In this document: in pieces, positions 12,558-22,917 of the stretch | Layout of the letters: each line of letters opens with the position of its first letter | Position numbering within the stretch: the first letter of the stretch is position 1 | Source: Pseudomonadota bacterium | GTDB lineage: Bacteria; Pseudomonadota; Gammaproteobacteria; Pseudomonadales; JADFDG01 | Reading direction: 5' to 3' | Length of the DNA: 64,000 nt | Assembly (NCBI GenBank): GCA_049324495.1 | Contig: JBMOOP010000128.1 | Coordinates: 10,797 to 74,796 of the forward strand | The notes under the pieces: model-generated | What the model saw: only the letters and a program-made list of their open reading frames with translations | What the model was told of the DNA's origin: nothing | Database searches by the model: none | Translations under genes and position numbers: made by a program

Positions 12558-14162
12558 TCAGTCGAGATAAAGCTTGATGTTTTCGCCGGCGCGCAACTGC
12601 CGCGTCGGGCTGAAATCATTCCAGCGTGCGATGTCGTGCACCGATACCTTGAATTTGCGGGCCAGTGCACTGAGCGTCTCGCCAGGTTTTACCTTGTGGG
12701 CGGCGCGCTTCTGGGTGGTGTCGGTAGCGACCTTGCGCGCCGGTGCCTTGCCGTCGCCGCTGTTGATGGCAATACGCTGGCCGACGCGCAGTGGTTTGGT
12801 CATCGACATCCCGTTCCAGCGCGCCAGATCACGTAACCCGACCTTGTACTTGCGGGCGATTTTTGACAGCGTGTCGCCCCGGCGAACGGTGTACTCGACG
12901 CTGCGACTGGCACGCACGCCGCGCGCTTTCGAGCCATTGAGGGCAACGATGCGCGGCTCGTAGGTTGTGTCGTTGGCGGCGAGCATCAGCCTTGGTTGTG
13001 GGATAGACAGCGTTTCACCTGGGCTGACGCGGTTGCCGGCAAGGTTGTTCAGCATGCGGATTGAATCGACCGGAATGTTGTACTGCGTGGCGATCTTCTC
13101 GAGGGTTTCGTCGGCGGCCACTTCGTGTTGTACGGCAAGTACATATTCGGCTGGTGGCGTGCCGGCCAGCACCTCGCGAAAGGCATCGGCGAGTTCAACC
13201 GGTACGACCAGCGTGTGCGAGCCCTGCGGGTCGGTCACCCAGCGATTGTGGGCGGGGTTGTACAGATACAGTTCGGTCAGCGGCATGTCGGCGAGTTCCG
13301 CCGCGCGCGCCAGATCAATCTGGCGACCGACCTTGATCTCGGTGAAGCGTGGTTCATCGGGAACCGGGTTGAGCCGGATGCCGTATTTTTGCGGGTCCTG
13401 GACAATCTGGGCGAGCGCGATCAGTTTGGGTACATAGGCGCTGGTTTCGCGCGGCACTTTCAGAGACCAGTAATCGGTTTTCTTGCCGGCGCGAATATTG
13501 CGGGTGATCGCCCGCGAAACCGTGCCGGCTCCCGCGTTGTAGGAGGCGAGCGCCTTGTAGTAGTCGCCGTCGAAGCGCGCGGCAAGGCGCTCGAGGTAGT
13601 CGAGCGCGGCGCGCGTCGATGCCGGAATGTCGCGGCGGCCGTCATACCACCAGGTTTGTTTCAGGCCGTAGATCTTCCCGGTCGAGGGAATGAACTGCCA
13701 GGGGCCTGCCGCATCGGCCACTGAATAGGCATAAGGATCAAATGCACTTTCGACGATGGGCAGCAGGGCAAGCTCAAGCGGCATGTCGCGCGCTTCTGCT
13801 TCCCCGACAATGAAATACATGTAGCGCGCACCGCGGGCGATGACGCGATCGAGGTATTGCTGGTTGCGGATGTACCAGTTGCGCTCCGCCGCGATGCGTT
13901 CGTTGCTTTGGCTGAGATCGAAACGAAAACCCGCCCGCAGGCGCGCCCACAGGTCGGTGCGCAAACAGCAGGCACCGGGTTCTGCCGGGTCAAGAATTGT
14001 CGGGCGCGAAACGGGGGCTGGTTCGTCAGTGGCATCTTCTGCTTCGGCATCAATAATGCCGGGCTGGCTTTTGACTGCGGCAACATTGGTTTTTGCTGAT
14101 GGATGCGATTGACAGCCGGCAAGCGCAAGTACGCAGGCGAGCAGCAGGAGGCCTGACTGCAT
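12558..14162 (-). CDS. mltD: Membrane-bound lytic murein transglycosylase D (lipoprotein with three C-terminal LysM repeats)
   Basis: Starting at 14162 gives the lipobox MQSGLLLLACVLALAGC. There is an SLT domain (ESAFDPYAYSVADAAGPWQFIPSTG) and three LysM-like repeats (GDTLSKIARKYKV..., GETLSALARKFKV...). Confidence 0.9.
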   Translation of the reverse strand: MQSGLLLLACVLALAGCQSHPSAKTNVAAVKSQPGIIDAEAEDATDEPAPVSRPTILDPAEPGACCLRTDLWARLRAGFRFDLSQSNERIAAERNWYIRNQQYLDRVIARGARYMYFIVGEAEARDMPLELALLPIVESAFDPYAYSVADAAGPWQFIPSTGKIYGLKQTWWYDGRRDIPASTRAALDYLERLAARFDGDYYKALASYNAGAGTVSRAITRNIRAGKKTDYWSLKVPRETSAYVPKLIALAQIVQDPQKYGIRLNPVPDEPRFTEIKVGRQIDLARAAELADMPLTELYLYNPAHNRWVTDPQGSHTLVVPVELADAFREVLAGTPPAEYVLAVQHEVAADETLEKIATQYNIPVDSIRMLNNLAGNRVSPGETLSIPQPRLMLAANDTTYEPRIVALNGSKARGVRASRSVEYTVRRGDTLSKIARKYKVGLRDLARWNGMSMTKPLRVGQRIAINSGDGKAPARKVATDTTQKRAAHKVKPGETLSALARKFKVSVHDIARWNDFSPTRQLRAGENIKLYLD

Positions 14163-14284
14163 GCGACCAGGCTGAAGGCAAGCGCTTTGCGTTATGGCGC
14201 CCTGCCGGGAAAGACTGCGGAAGAGATGCATCAGGGGTCGCGGGGGAATTGTTGTGAACGATCGGGGCATTCTAGAAACCATGG

Positions 14285-15100
14285 TCAATGAAAGCCATCC
14301 TTCCAGCGCCGCAAGGCAGTGAAGATTGCCGTTGCATCCGCCAGCGGTTGCTCCGCATGGCGTTCAGCAGCCGCGATGACCGCCCGGCAGCTGGTGCGCA
14401 GGAAGGGATTGATGCCCAACTCCCGCGCCATGTCGCTCGGTAGCGTCGGCAACCCCGCAGTGCGTCGCTCCCGGGCCCAGGCTGTCACTGCGGCAATGGT
14501 GGGGTTCTCAGGTTCGACCGCAGCGGCAAAGCGAAGGTTGCCGAGCGTGTATTCGTGGGCGCAGCAGACCAGTGTGCTGACAGGCAGCCGGGCAAGACGC
14601 TGCAAAGAGGCATGCATTTCTTCCGGGGAGCCTTCAAACAGCCGGCCGCAGCCGGCGCTGAACAGCGTGTCGCCGCAAAACAGCAGCGGTTGTCGGTCAA
14701 TCTGGCCATGGAAGGCTATGTGTCCGGCGGTGTGTCCGGGCACATCAAAGACATCGAGCGCAATGTCGAGTTCGGGCAATAACACCCGATCACCATCACC
14801 AACCGGATAGTCGATGTGATTGATTGCCTCATGACGCGGACCAAATACCGGTATGCCGGGCGCGCGCAGGGCGACAACTCCGCCGATGTGATCAAGATGA
14901 TGGTGGGTGACCAGAATTGCCCGCAGGGCCACACCCTGTTGCTGCAGCCAGCGGTTGACTGCCGCGGAGTCGCCCGGATCGACGACCAGACACTGGCTGC
15001 CGCTGGCATCGCACAACGCCCAGATATAGTTGTCCGTGAAGGCGGGGATAGCCGCGAGCCGGGGGTGGGACAGCGCGGTGATCGGGGTATCGACGTTCAT
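14285..15100 (-). CDS. gloB: Hydroxyacylglutathione hydrolase (glyoxalase II)
   Basis: Metallo-beta-lactamase motif THHHLDHIGG. The length and its position next to mltD and rnhA are typical of gloB. Confidence 0.9.
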   Translation of the reverse strand: MNVDTPITALSHPRLAAIPAFTDNYIWALCDASGSQCLVVDPGDSAAVNRWLQQQGVALRAILVTHHHLDHIGGVVALRAPGIPVFGPRHEAINHIDYPVGDGDRVLLPELDIALDVFDVPGHTAGHIAFHGQIDRQPLLFCGDTLFSAGCGRLFEGSPEEMHASLQRLARLPVSTLVCCAHEYTLGNLRFAAAVEPENPTIAAVTAWARERRTAGLPTLPSDMARELGINPFLRTSCRAVIAAAERHAEQPLADATAIFTALRRWKDGFH

Positions 15101-15153
15101 GCCGTTTGTTCTGTAGCCTCGTCGGAAGATCATCAGGTGTTCGAGCCTTTGCC

Positions 15154-15942
15154 ATGGAGCTTCCGCGCCTCTTCCAGGATCCGTTTCGCCGTCTGCCGCC
15201 CAACTATCGGGCGCATCTGGGCCAGTGGTTCGACAGCCCGGCGGGCGAGCGCCTGCTGGCCGCGCAGGCGGGCTTGCTCAATCAGGTCACGCCGTGCATT
15301 TTCGGTTATCACGCCATCCAGTTGTGTGCGGTCAAGCCGGTGTCGTTGCTGGTGGAAAGCCGCATTCTGCATCGTGTACTGGTGAGTACCTTCGAGGAAA
15401 CCGCGCCGCCCGTCAATGTGTTGTGCGACCCGAAGGGTCTGCCGTTCGCCAGCGACAGTACCGACCTGCTTATCCTGCATCATGCGCTCGATTTCGAAGA
15501 CGATCCGTACACGGTGTTGCGCGAGGCAGCGCGGGTGGTAATTCCCGGCGGGGCGCTGGTGGTGGTCGGCTTCAATCCCTGGTCACTGTTCGGCTTCCTG
15601 CGCTGGTTTCGTTTTGGCGCACTTGAGGCGCCGTGGTTCGCGCGCTGCATCAGTGCCTATCGCGTCAGCGACTGGTTGCGGCTACTCGACTTTCGCGTCG
15701 ATGGTGTCGAAAGCAGTTACTATCTGCCGCCGCTGCAGGGCGAGCAGGCGGCACATAGGCTGGCGTGGCTCGATTACCTCGGTGCGCGCTGGTGGCCCCG
15801 GATGGGCATGTTTTATGTGTTGGTGGCACGCAAGTCGGTGGCGCCTTTGACGCCCGTGCGGCGCCCCGAGCGCCAGTCACGTTCGGTGTCGGTCGGCGTG
15901 CCGGTCGCCAGCCGCGTGACGCGTCACAATCGCAATGACTGA
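15154..15942 (+). CDS. Class I SAM-dependent methyltransferase (conserved gloB-rnhA neighbour)
   Basis: ATG at 15154 (MELPRLFQDPF...). It has a Methyltransf_11-like core (LLILHHALDFEDDPYTVLREAARVVIPGGALVVVGFNP). It is divergent from gloB and upstream of rnhA. Confidence 0.7.
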   Translation: MELPRLFQDPFRRLPPNYRAHLGQWFDSPAGERLLAAQAGLLNQVTPCIFGYHAIQLCAVKPVSLLVESRILHRVLVSTFEETAPPVNVLCDPKGLPFASDSTDLLILHHALDFEDDPYTVLREAARVVIPGGALVVVGFNPWSLFGFLRWFRFGALEAPWFARCISAYRVSDWLRLLDFRVDGVESSYYLPPLQGEQAAHRLAWLDYLGARWWPRMGMFYVLVARKSVAPLTPVRRPERQSRSVSVGVPVASRVTRHNRND

Positions 15943-15981
15943 GGCGCCATCATCGCTGCTCCCCTTTACATCTTCCAGTGA

Positions 15982-16470
15982 GTGCTCCTGCGCGTGACTG
16001 AGGAAATTGTCGAGCCTTTCACGGTTGAAGTGTTCACCGATGGCGCCTGCCGTGGCAATCCCGGCCCCGGTGGCTGGGGTGCCGTGTTGCGCTGCAGGGG
16101 CCGCGAGAAGCACCTGTGGGGCGGTGCATTACTCACCACCAACAACCGCATGGAACTGCAGGCCGCGATTGCCGCACTGGAATCGCTGACCCGCCCCTGC
16201 ACGGTTGCGCTGACCACCGATTCGGAATACGTGAAGAAAGGCATCACCGAATGGGTGCATGGCTGGAAAAAGCGTGGCTGGAAAACGGCCGACCGCAAGC
16301 CGGTCAAGAATATGGATCTGTGGCAGGCGCTCGATGCGGCCGTCGCGCGCCATCAAGTGAGCTGGCATTGGGTGCGTGGCCATACCGGCCATGTTGAAAA
16401 TGAATTGGCCGATCAGCTTGCCAATCGTGGCGTTGACGAGTTGATTGCGGCTGCTGCGGGTGAAGAGTAA
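15982..16470 (+). CDS. rnhA: Ribonuclease HI
   Basis: [22 protein letters not shown]...TNNRMEL...TDSEYV... covers the RNase H catalytic D-E-D-D blocks. The start is uncertain (GTG at 15982 or GTG at 15994). Confidence 0.95.
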   Translation: MLLRVTEEIVEPFTVEVFTDGACRGNPGPGGWGAVLRCRGREKHLWGGALLTTNNRMELQAAIAALESLTRPCTVALTTDSEYVKKGITEWVHGWKKRGWKTADRKPVKNMDLWQALDAAVARHQVSWHWVRGHTGHVENELADQLANRGVDELIAAAAGEE

Positions 16471-16490
16471 GGGAATAGGAGTAAAGCGGG

Positions 16491-17240
16491 ATGCGCCAGG
16501 TTGTACTCGACACCGAAACCACCGGTCTTGAACCGCATCTCGATCATCGCATCATCGAGATCGGCTGCATCGAGATGGTCGATCGGCGGCCTACCGGGCG
16601 AGTCTTTCACCGCTATCTGAATCCGGAGCGGGAGATTGATGCCGGTGCCATCGAAGTGCACGGCATCACCAACGAGTTTCTCGCCGACAAGCCTCGCTTT
16701 GCCGACATCGTCGATGAGCTCATGGATTTTATCCGTGGCGCGCAGCTGATCATCCACAATGCGCCGTTTGATGTTGCCTTCCTGAATGCCGAACTCGCCC
16801 GGCTCGGTGGCCGCAGCCTCATCGCCGATCAGTGCGCAGTGCTTGATACGCTGGCGTTGGCACGTAGTTGTCACCCCGGGCAGCGTAACAGCCTGGATGC
16901 GCTCTGCAAGCGCTACATGGTCGACAACAGCCAGCGGACGCTGCACGGGGCATTGCTTGACGCGGAGATCCTGGCCGACGTTTATCTGGCAATGACCGGC
17001 GGCCAGACGGCGTTGCTGTTGGGCAGCGGTGCGGGGGGTGGACAGGGCGAGGAGGGGGTCCGGGCAGCGTCTGCCATCCGGCGGCTGCCAGCCGGTCGTG
17101 CAGCGTTGTCCGTGGTGTTGGCCTCGAGCGACGAGCTTGAGAGGCATCGGCGGCGTCTGGCAGCGCTCGAGAAGAGCAGCCAAGGGAGTTGCCTCTGGCT
17201 AGGGCAGGAGATTGCGAACAGCGCCTCGAACCCTGGTTGA
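16491..17240 (+). CDS. dnaQ: DNA polymerase III epsilon subunit (3'-5' proofreading exonuclease)
   Basis: MRQVVLDTETTGL is the ExoI motif. The protein also has IIHNAPFDVAFL (ExoII) and HGALLDAEILADVYL (ExoIII). Confidence 0.95.
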   Translation: MRQVVLDTETTGLEPHLDHRIIEIGCIEMVDRRPTGRVFHRYLNPEREIDAGAIEVHGITNEFLADKPRFADIVDELMDFIRGAQLIIHNAPFDVAFLNAELARLGGRSLIADQCAVLDTLALARSCHPGQRNSLDALCKRYMVDNSQRTLHGALLDAEILADVYLAMTGGQTALLLGSGAGGGQGEEGVRAASAIRRLPAGRAALSVVLASSDELERHRRRLAALEKSSQGSCLWLGQEIANSASNPG

Positions 17241-17358
17241 ATATCTTTTATATACAGGATGTTATGGCGTAAAGTTGACCTCTCGTCGCAGCTCGTGCCA
17301 CAGTGCCTTTGCATTCAAAAGCCCCGTTTTCAAATCACAACAAGGACATACCGAGTCC

Positions 17359-19062
17359 ATGGTAGCCATCCAGCGAACGACTTCGCTTAACCTTGTCAAG
17401 GATGAGCTGGATGCCACGCTGAAACAGGCGGAAACCGCTCTGGCGGCATTCGCCATCGCGCCCGGAAGTGCCGTGCGTCTGGACGAGTGTGTCGACTGCT
17501 TTCACCAGGTTTGGGGGGCTCTGCACATTCTTGAGATCGCTGGCGCAACAGATCTCGCCCTTGAGCTTGAGTACGTGGCCAGGCAGATCAAGGAAAGCGG
17601 CGAAGCGGTGCGCGACGGCCAGATCGCGGCGCTTGGCAACGGCATCATGGTGCTCGGCCGCTATCTCGACTATCTCCAGATCACTTCACGCAACCTGCCG
17701 CAATTGTTGGTGCCGGCACTCAATGTTTTGCGCTTGTCGACGGACAGGCAGTCGATACCGGAGAGCACTTTTTTCCGCTGTGACATCAGTGCGAAGCGTC
17801 CCGGTGAGGGTGGCGAGGCGTTGGAAAGTGATGCGGAAATCGGCCGCCTGGTACGTCGCCTGCGGCAGATGTATCAGGTTGGGCTGTTGGGCGTACTTCA
17901 GGGCGATAACGTTGGCACCAGCCTGCGGATGATGGATCGCGCCCTGGAGCGCATAGACAAGATTGGCGGCGGCACGCCCATGGGCCGTCTGTGGTGGGCT
18001 GCGCGCGGCGCGTTGCGTGCGCTTGGCCTACCAAATCTCGAGATTGATCGCAGCCGCAAGATTTATCTTGGCGGCATTGATCGCCAGCTCAAACAATTGG
18101 TCCAGGAGGGTGGCGCGCTGTTGCGCGCGGAGCCGCCGAAAGTATTGTTGCGCGAGAGCGTGTACCTGAGTGCGTTGTTGCCGCGCACCGATTCACTGGG
18201 CGCCAACATCCGCAAGGTATTCCGCGTCAGCGACGACAGCCCAACAGCGAGCCAGCTCGCCGAGGAGCAGGATCTGATGCTAGGTCCCGGCGGTTCGGTG
18301 ATCCGCACGGTTGCCGCACAGGTGCATGCTGATCTGGGTACGGTAAAGGACTTGCTCGATACTGCTGTGCGTGGCGCCGGTGCTGGCAACTATGCGCGTG
18401 TTGCCGAGGAGCTTGCGAAGATCGGCCAGACGTTGGTGATGCTCGGTCTGGTGCGTGACAGCCAGCTTGTCATGAAGCGGATCAACGTGCTGCGCGACTG
18501 GGATGATGGTCGCGTCGTAGATCCGCACAGCGCTGATTTCCAACAACTGATCGACGAGCTGCTCAGCATCGAAAACGACGTTGCCGGGGTCGAGAAACGC
18601 TTCACGATCGGCGAGTCTCCTGTCGCTGATGGTGAAACGCAGGTTCCTTTCTATCAGCTTGACGATGCCAAGCGAGTCGTCATTGCCGAGTGCCGCGCCG
18701 GCATTGCGCTTGCCAAGCGCAGCTTGACCTCCTACATCGAGGCAAATTTCGATCGCATGCACATCAGCAACATCCCCTCGACCCTCAAGGCGGTTGCCGG
18801 CGGCCTGCGTTTTCTCGATCTCGGGCGCGCCGTCGGCGTGCTTGACGCCTGCGTCGCCTACATTGAAGGTCGGCTGTTGAATGTCCACTTGCCGTCGCCG
18901 GGAGCCGGCGACATGGAAACGCTGGCAGACGCGATCACCGGCGTTGATTATTTCATTGAGAGCATGGAAGAACACAAACCAATCGGTGAGGGTGTACTGG
19001 AAGTTGCCGAGAGCAGCATGGAAGAGCTCGGTTGTCCGGTTACGAGGCGCGACACGCGTTGA
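17359..19062 (+). CDS. fimL: FimL-like scaffold protein (homologue of the ChpA N-terminal region)
   Basis: The ATG at 17359 gives MVAIQRTTSLNLVKDELDATLKQAETALAAF..., resembling the L.WVK.E.D.TL.QA..ALE N-terminus of ChpA/FimL. The roughly 567-aa size fits. It sits immediately upstream of nudC, as I recall for P. aeruginosa fimL. Confidence 0.6.
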   Translation: MVAIQRTTSLNLVKDELDATLKQAETALAAFAIAPGSAVRLDECVDCFHQVWGALHILEIAGATDLALELEYVARQIKESGEAVRDGQIAALGNGIMVLGRYLDYLQITSRNLPQLLVPALNVLRLSTDRQSIPESTFFRCDISAKRPGEGGEALESDAEIGRLVRRLRQMYQVGLLGVLQGDNVGTSLRMMDRALERIDKIGGGTPMGRLWWAARGALRALGLPNLEIDRSRKIYLGGIDRQLKQLVQEGGALLRAEPPKVLLRESVYLSALLPRTDSLGANIRKVFRVSDDSPTASQLAEEQDLMLGPGGSVIRTVAAQVHADLGTVKDLLDTAVRGAGAGNYARVAEELAKIGQTLVMLGLVRDSQLVMKRINVLRDWDDGRVVDPHSADFQQLIDELLSIENDVAGVEKRFTIGESPVADGETQVPFYQLDDAKRVVIAECRAGIALAKRSLTSYIEANFDRMHISNIPSTLKAVAGGLRFLDLGRAVGVLDACVAYIEGRLLNVHLPSPGAGDMETLADAITGVDYFIESMEEHKPIGEGVLEVAESSMEELGCPVTRRDTR

Positions 19063-19066
19063 TGGC

Positions 19067-19897
19067 ATGCAAACCGATCAACGGTTCCGGCCCGGTGTCG
19101 TACCGCCTGCCGCACTTTCCGGCGAACACTACTGGATTGCGGTCGATGCCGGCCGGGTGCTGCTGCTTGAAGATGGCAGCCGCCTGCCGTTGCCCGTGTT
19201 GCGCAATTTCGGCTTGACCGGTCTTGATGTCGCGCATCGGCATTACCTTGGTACGTTGGATGATCGCCATGTGTTTGCTGTGGCATTGCGCGAGCCTGGT
19301 GCCGCCCCACCGGGTATGTATTTCGAGGATTTGCGTCGCTTGCTGGTGGCCACAGACCCGGCCCTGTATGGGCTTGCCGCGCGCGCCCGGCAGGTGCTTG
19401 ATTGGGCGAGCGACCATCGTTTTTGCAGTCGCTGCGGCCAACCGGCAACAGCTCATAGCGCCGATCGCGCAATGGTCTGTACCGCCTGTGATTACACACA
19501 GTATCCTCGGATATCGCCTTGCGTGATCGTGCTGGTCACGCGGGGCGATGAGGTCTTGCTCGCGCGTTCAGCGCGCTTTCCGCGCGGCATGTTCAGCACC
19601 TTGGCCGGCTTCATCGAAGCCGGCGAGGATGTCGAGGAAGCGCTGGTGCGGGAAGTGCGTGAGGAGGTGGGCGTCGAGGTGACTGGCCTGCAATATCTGG
19701 GCAGCCAGGCTTGGCCGTTTCCGCACTCGCTGATGCTGGGATTTCATGCTGCCTGGGCTGGCGGTGAAATTGTTGTCGACGGCGAGGAAATTATTGAGGC
19801 ACGGTGGTTTGCGCTCAATGCGTTGCCGGCGATTCCACCGGTAGGGTCTATCGCACGCAGATTGATTGATGGCTACCTGGCCGGCCGCGGGCGCTGA
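19067..19897 (+). CDS. nudC: NAD(+) diphosphatase / NADH pyrophosphatase NudC
   Basis: Zinc ribbon CSRCG...CTAC followed by the Nudix box GFIEAGEDVEEALVREVREEVGV. ATG at 19067. Confidence 0.9.
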   Translation: MQTDQRFRPGVVPPAALSGEHYWIAVDAGRVLLLEDGSRLPLPVLRNFGLTGLDVAHRHYLGTLDDRHVFAVALREPGAAPPGMYFEDLRRLLVATDPALYGLAARARQVLDWASDHRFCSRCGQPATAHSADRAMVCTACDYTQYPRISPCVIVLVTRGDEVLLARSARFPRGMFSTLAGFIEAGEDVEEALVREVREEVGVEVTGLQYLGSQAWPFPHSLMLGFHAAWAGGEIVVDGEEIIEARWFALNALPAIPPVGSIARRLIDGYLAGRGR

Positions 19898-19923
19898 CCG
19901 CAGATGAACAGGGCAAGGAGGGG

Positions 19924-20583
19924 ATGACAATGGGCGTTGAATGGGTTGCGGGTTTATTGGTCGCGCTTGCGGTGATCTGTCTTGGCGGCGCCGCCATCCT
20001 GTTCTTCCGCGCGCGCTGGTTTTTGCAGTGGTTGCGCGGTACGGCTGGTTTCCTGTTGGCCGGCACCTCCTTGTATCTGGTGTTTATTGCCGCCAGTCTG
20101 TTTGGTTATCAGCAGACCAGGAGCGATGCGCCACTGGTGATCGTCAGTTTCGAGAAGACTGCCGAACAGTCTTGGAATGTCACGCTTGCCGAAACCAATG
20201 GCGACCGTCGCGTTTTCAAGTTGCAGGGCGATCTGTGGCAGCTTGATGTGCGCCTGCTTCGTTATAAGGGGCTCGCCGGGGTTTTTGGCACGCCGCCCTC
20301 TTTCCGGCTGGAGCGGTTGTCGGGTCGTTACCTGTCGATCGAGGACGCCGCGACGAAAGAGCACACTGAATTCGACCTGATGCCGAAGCCGTTCCTCGGC
20401 TTTGATATCTGGGAGCGTGCCAAGGCGCACGGGAGCCTGATTGTGACGGCGTCGCGCAGCAATGTGGCGTTTGTGCCGATTGCCGTCGGAGCAATTTATG
20501 AGGTGTGGCTTGGTGAGTCCGGGCTGGCGTTGCGTGCCGCGAACAGCGCAGCTGAAGATGCGTTTAAAAGCGTTGGCGAATAA
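19924..20583 (+). CDS. Hypothetical membrane protein
   Basis: 219 aa with two N-terminal TM helices and then a soluble domain. I recognise no motif. Coding is supported only by length, codon bias and its fit between neighbouring genes. Confidence 0.5.
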   Translation: MTMGVEWVAGLLVALAVICLGGAAILFFRARWFLQWLRGTAGFLLAGTSLYLVFIAASLFGYQQTRSDAPLVIVSFEKTAEQSWNVTLAETNGDRRVFKLQGDLWQLDVRLLRYKGLAGVFGTPPSFRLERLSGRYLSIEDAATKEHTEFDLMPKPFLGFDIWERAKAHGSLIVTASRSNVAFVPIAVGAIYEVWLGESGLALRAANSAAEDAFKSVGE

Positions 20584-20698
20584 ACTTCTTTGGATGAGCT
20601 GCATTCCGGCTGCGTGGCGTTGCAACCGGAATGTGCTGGTGGTCACCCTCTGCTAAGATGGCCGCCCCTGTGTGGCTCTCGTTTTGCTGGAGGTAGTA

Positions 20699-21730
20699 AT
20701 GGAATTCCTGGCCGATTACGGTCTGTTCCTGCTCAAGGCGTCGACCGTCGTCGTCGCCATCCTGTTCGTGTTTGGCGGCCTGGTTTCGCTTGTACAACGC
20801 AACAAGCGTCAGGCTGTGCATGGTGCGATTCAAATCGACAACCTCAGCCATCATTTCGATGACATGGCCCAGAGCATCCGTGAGGAGGTGCTTTCTGATG
20901 CTGTCCTGAAGCGCGAGGAAAAGGCGCGCAAGAAGCGCGAGAAAGTGCTTGAAAAGGAGGCAGAGGAAAATCCGCGCAGGCGGGTGTTCGTACTCGATTT
21001 CGAGGGCGATATCCGCGCTTCTGCCGTTGACGGGTTTCGCCACGAAATCACGGCGGTGCTTGCCGTTGCCAACGCGAAGGACGAGGTGGTGGTGCGTCTG
21101 GACAGCGGTGGTGGTCTGGTCACCAGTTACGGTTTGGCGTCATCCCAGCTTGAGCGTATCCGGCGCGCCGGGGTTCCACTGACCGTTTGCGTCGATGAAA
21201 TCGCCGCCAGTGGCGGTTACATGATGGCCTGCGTCGCCGATCGCATTCTTGCCGCACCGTTTGCGGTGCTCGGCTCGATTGGCGTGGTTGCCCAGATCCC
21301 GAACTTCAATCGGCTGCTACGCAAGCATGAGATCGATATCGAGCTGCATACGGCCGGCGAGTACAAACGCACGCTGACGATATTCGGCGAAAACACCGAC
21401 AAGGCACGCGAGAAGTTTCGTGAAGAACTCGATGACGTACACGCCTTGTTCAAGTCATTCGTGACGCAGTGGCGTCCGCAACTCGACACAGCTGTTGTCG
21501 CCACCGGAGAACACTGGTTTGCTGTGCGAGCGAAGGAGTTGAAACTGGTCGATGAGTTGATGACCAGCGATGAGTATCTGGTGAGTGCTGCGCAAAATGC
21601 CGATGTTTTTCATGTGCATTGGCAGCATCGCAAAACCTTCTCCGAGCGGATGGGTTTTGCCTTTGAGGGCGCAATCGACCGTGTTCTGCTGCGCTGGTGG
21701 GGGCGGCTCACCCGTCGTCAGGCCATCTAA
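20699..21730 (+). CDS. sohB: Protease SohB (peptidase S49 family)
   Basis: The ATG at 20699 is preceded by GGAGGT. There is an N-terminal TM helix (MEFLADYGLFLLKASTVVVAILFVF) and an S49/SppA-like core (VRLDSGGGLVTSYG..., AASGGYMMACVADRILAAPFAVLGSIGV). Confidence 0.85.
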   Translation: MEFLADYGLFLLKASTVVVAILFVFGGLVSLVQRNKRQAVHGAIQIDNLSHHFDDMAQSIREEVLSDAVLKREEKARKKREKVLEKEAEENPRRRVFVLDFEGDIRASAVDGFRHEITAVLAVANAKDEVVVRLDSGGGLVTSYGLASSQLERIRRAGVPLTVCVDEIAASGGYMMACVADRILAAPFAVLGSIGVVAQIPNFNRLLRKHEIDIELHTAGEYKRTLTIFGENTDKAREKFREELDDVHALFKSFVTQWRPQLDTAVVATGEHWFAVRAKELKLVDELMTSDEYLVSAAQNADVFHVHWQHRKTFSERMGFAFEGAIDRVLLRWWGRLTRRQAI

Positions 21731-21741
21731 AATACGAAGGT

Positions 21742-22902
21742 TCAATCCTTGCGTAACCGATCGCTAATGGCGATCGGCGATGGATAGCGGAAGACGACGA
21801 TATACGAGGCTGTCAGCATTGTGGCGATGCTGACAGCCTGGATCAGCAGCGAGGCACGTTCACCAAGCAACCCTGATGCGACAGCAATATAAGCCAGCAA
21901 CAATGAAAATTCGCTGCAGTGCCCAAGACGGAAGCCGATTTCCCAGCCGACCCGCCAGGGTTCGCGCGTGAGGCGCAGCAAAGCCGCAAATATTACCGGC
22001 TTGAGCATCAACATCAGCAGCGTCAACACCAGTGCCGGCAGCCAGATGGCTCCAAGCAGGCCGTGATTGAAGCCGGCACCCACCGAAAAGAAGAACATCA
22101 CCAGAAAAAAATCGCGCAGCGGTTTGAGTTGCTCGGCGATATAAAACGCGATCGGGCTGCTGGCAAGGGCAACCCCGGCGATGAACGCGCCGATTTCCCG
22201 CGATAGATCGAGCAGCTCGGCCAATTCGGCAATGCCCAGGCACCAGCCGATGGCCAACAGAAAAACATATTCCTTGAAGCGATCGAAACGCATCAGCAGC
22301 GATACCAGCAGCCAGCGTACGGTCACGCCGGCCAGTATTGCCAGCGCAGGAAGGGAAATCAGCGTGAGGCCGAGGTGGGAAAGGTTGCGGTCTTCAGGTT
22401 TGCCGGCCAGCAGAACCAGTGCGACGATTGCCAGCACGTCCTGCAGCAGCGTAATGCCGATGAGCAGCTCGCCGGTGTGCTTGTGATGCAGGGCGGTGGT
22501 CGGCAGCAGTTTCAGCGAAATGATCGTCGAGGAAAACATCATGGCTACGCCGATCACGATCGATTCGGTCGAGGTGAATCCGTAGGCGTACCCGATCAGG
22601 GCGCCGGCCAGCGCGAACACTAGGCTGCTGCCGAAGGCGACAAAGGCCATGCGACCGAACAGTCGCATCAGACTCTGTGGCTGCAGATCAAGGCCGAGCA
22701 GGAAGAGCAGGAACACGATGCCGATGCGGGAAATGGTTTCGAGAATCGCGGTATCGCTGACCGCAGAGAACCCATAGGGACCCAGCAGCGCGCCGAGCAG
22801 GATGTAGGCGACGATGATCGGCTGGCGCAACTGCAACGCCAGCGTCGCCAGCAGCGCGGCGCCTGTGAAAATCAGGAAGAAGGAAGACTCGATGCCAGAC
22901 AT
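21742..22902 (-). CDS. Cation:proton antiporter (CPA2/Kef-like membrane domain)
   Basis: 386 aa with roughly 11-12 TM helices and a Na/H-exchanger-like pattern. Confidence 0.8.
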   Translation of the reverse strand: MSGIESSFFLIFTGAALLATLALQLRQPIIVAYILLGALLGPYGFSAVSDTAILETISRIGIVFLLFLLGLDLQPQSLMRLFGRMAFVAFGSSLVFALAGALIGYAYGFTSTESIVIGVAMMFSSTIISLKLLPTTALHHKHTGELLIGITLLQDVLAIVALVLLAGKPEDRNLSHLGLTLISLPALAILAGVTVRWLLVSLLMRFDRFKEYVFLLAIGWCLGIAELAELLDLSREIGAFIAGVALASSPIAFYIAEQLKPLRDFFLVMFFFSVGAGFNHGLLGAIWLPALVLTLLMLMLKPVIFAALLRLTREPWRVGWEIGFRLGHCSEFSLLLAYIAVASGLLGERASLLIQAVSIATMLTASYIVVFRYPSPIAISDRLRKD

Positions 22903-22917
22903 GGCGGAAATTGTACG

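Noticed and set aside
21728-21760. tRNA T-loop-like string GGTTCAATCC after sohB
   Set aside because: No acceptor, D or anticodon arms can be folded around it, and it overlaps the stop-codon end of the minus-strand antiporter gene. I found no tRNA or rRNA genes anywhere in the window.
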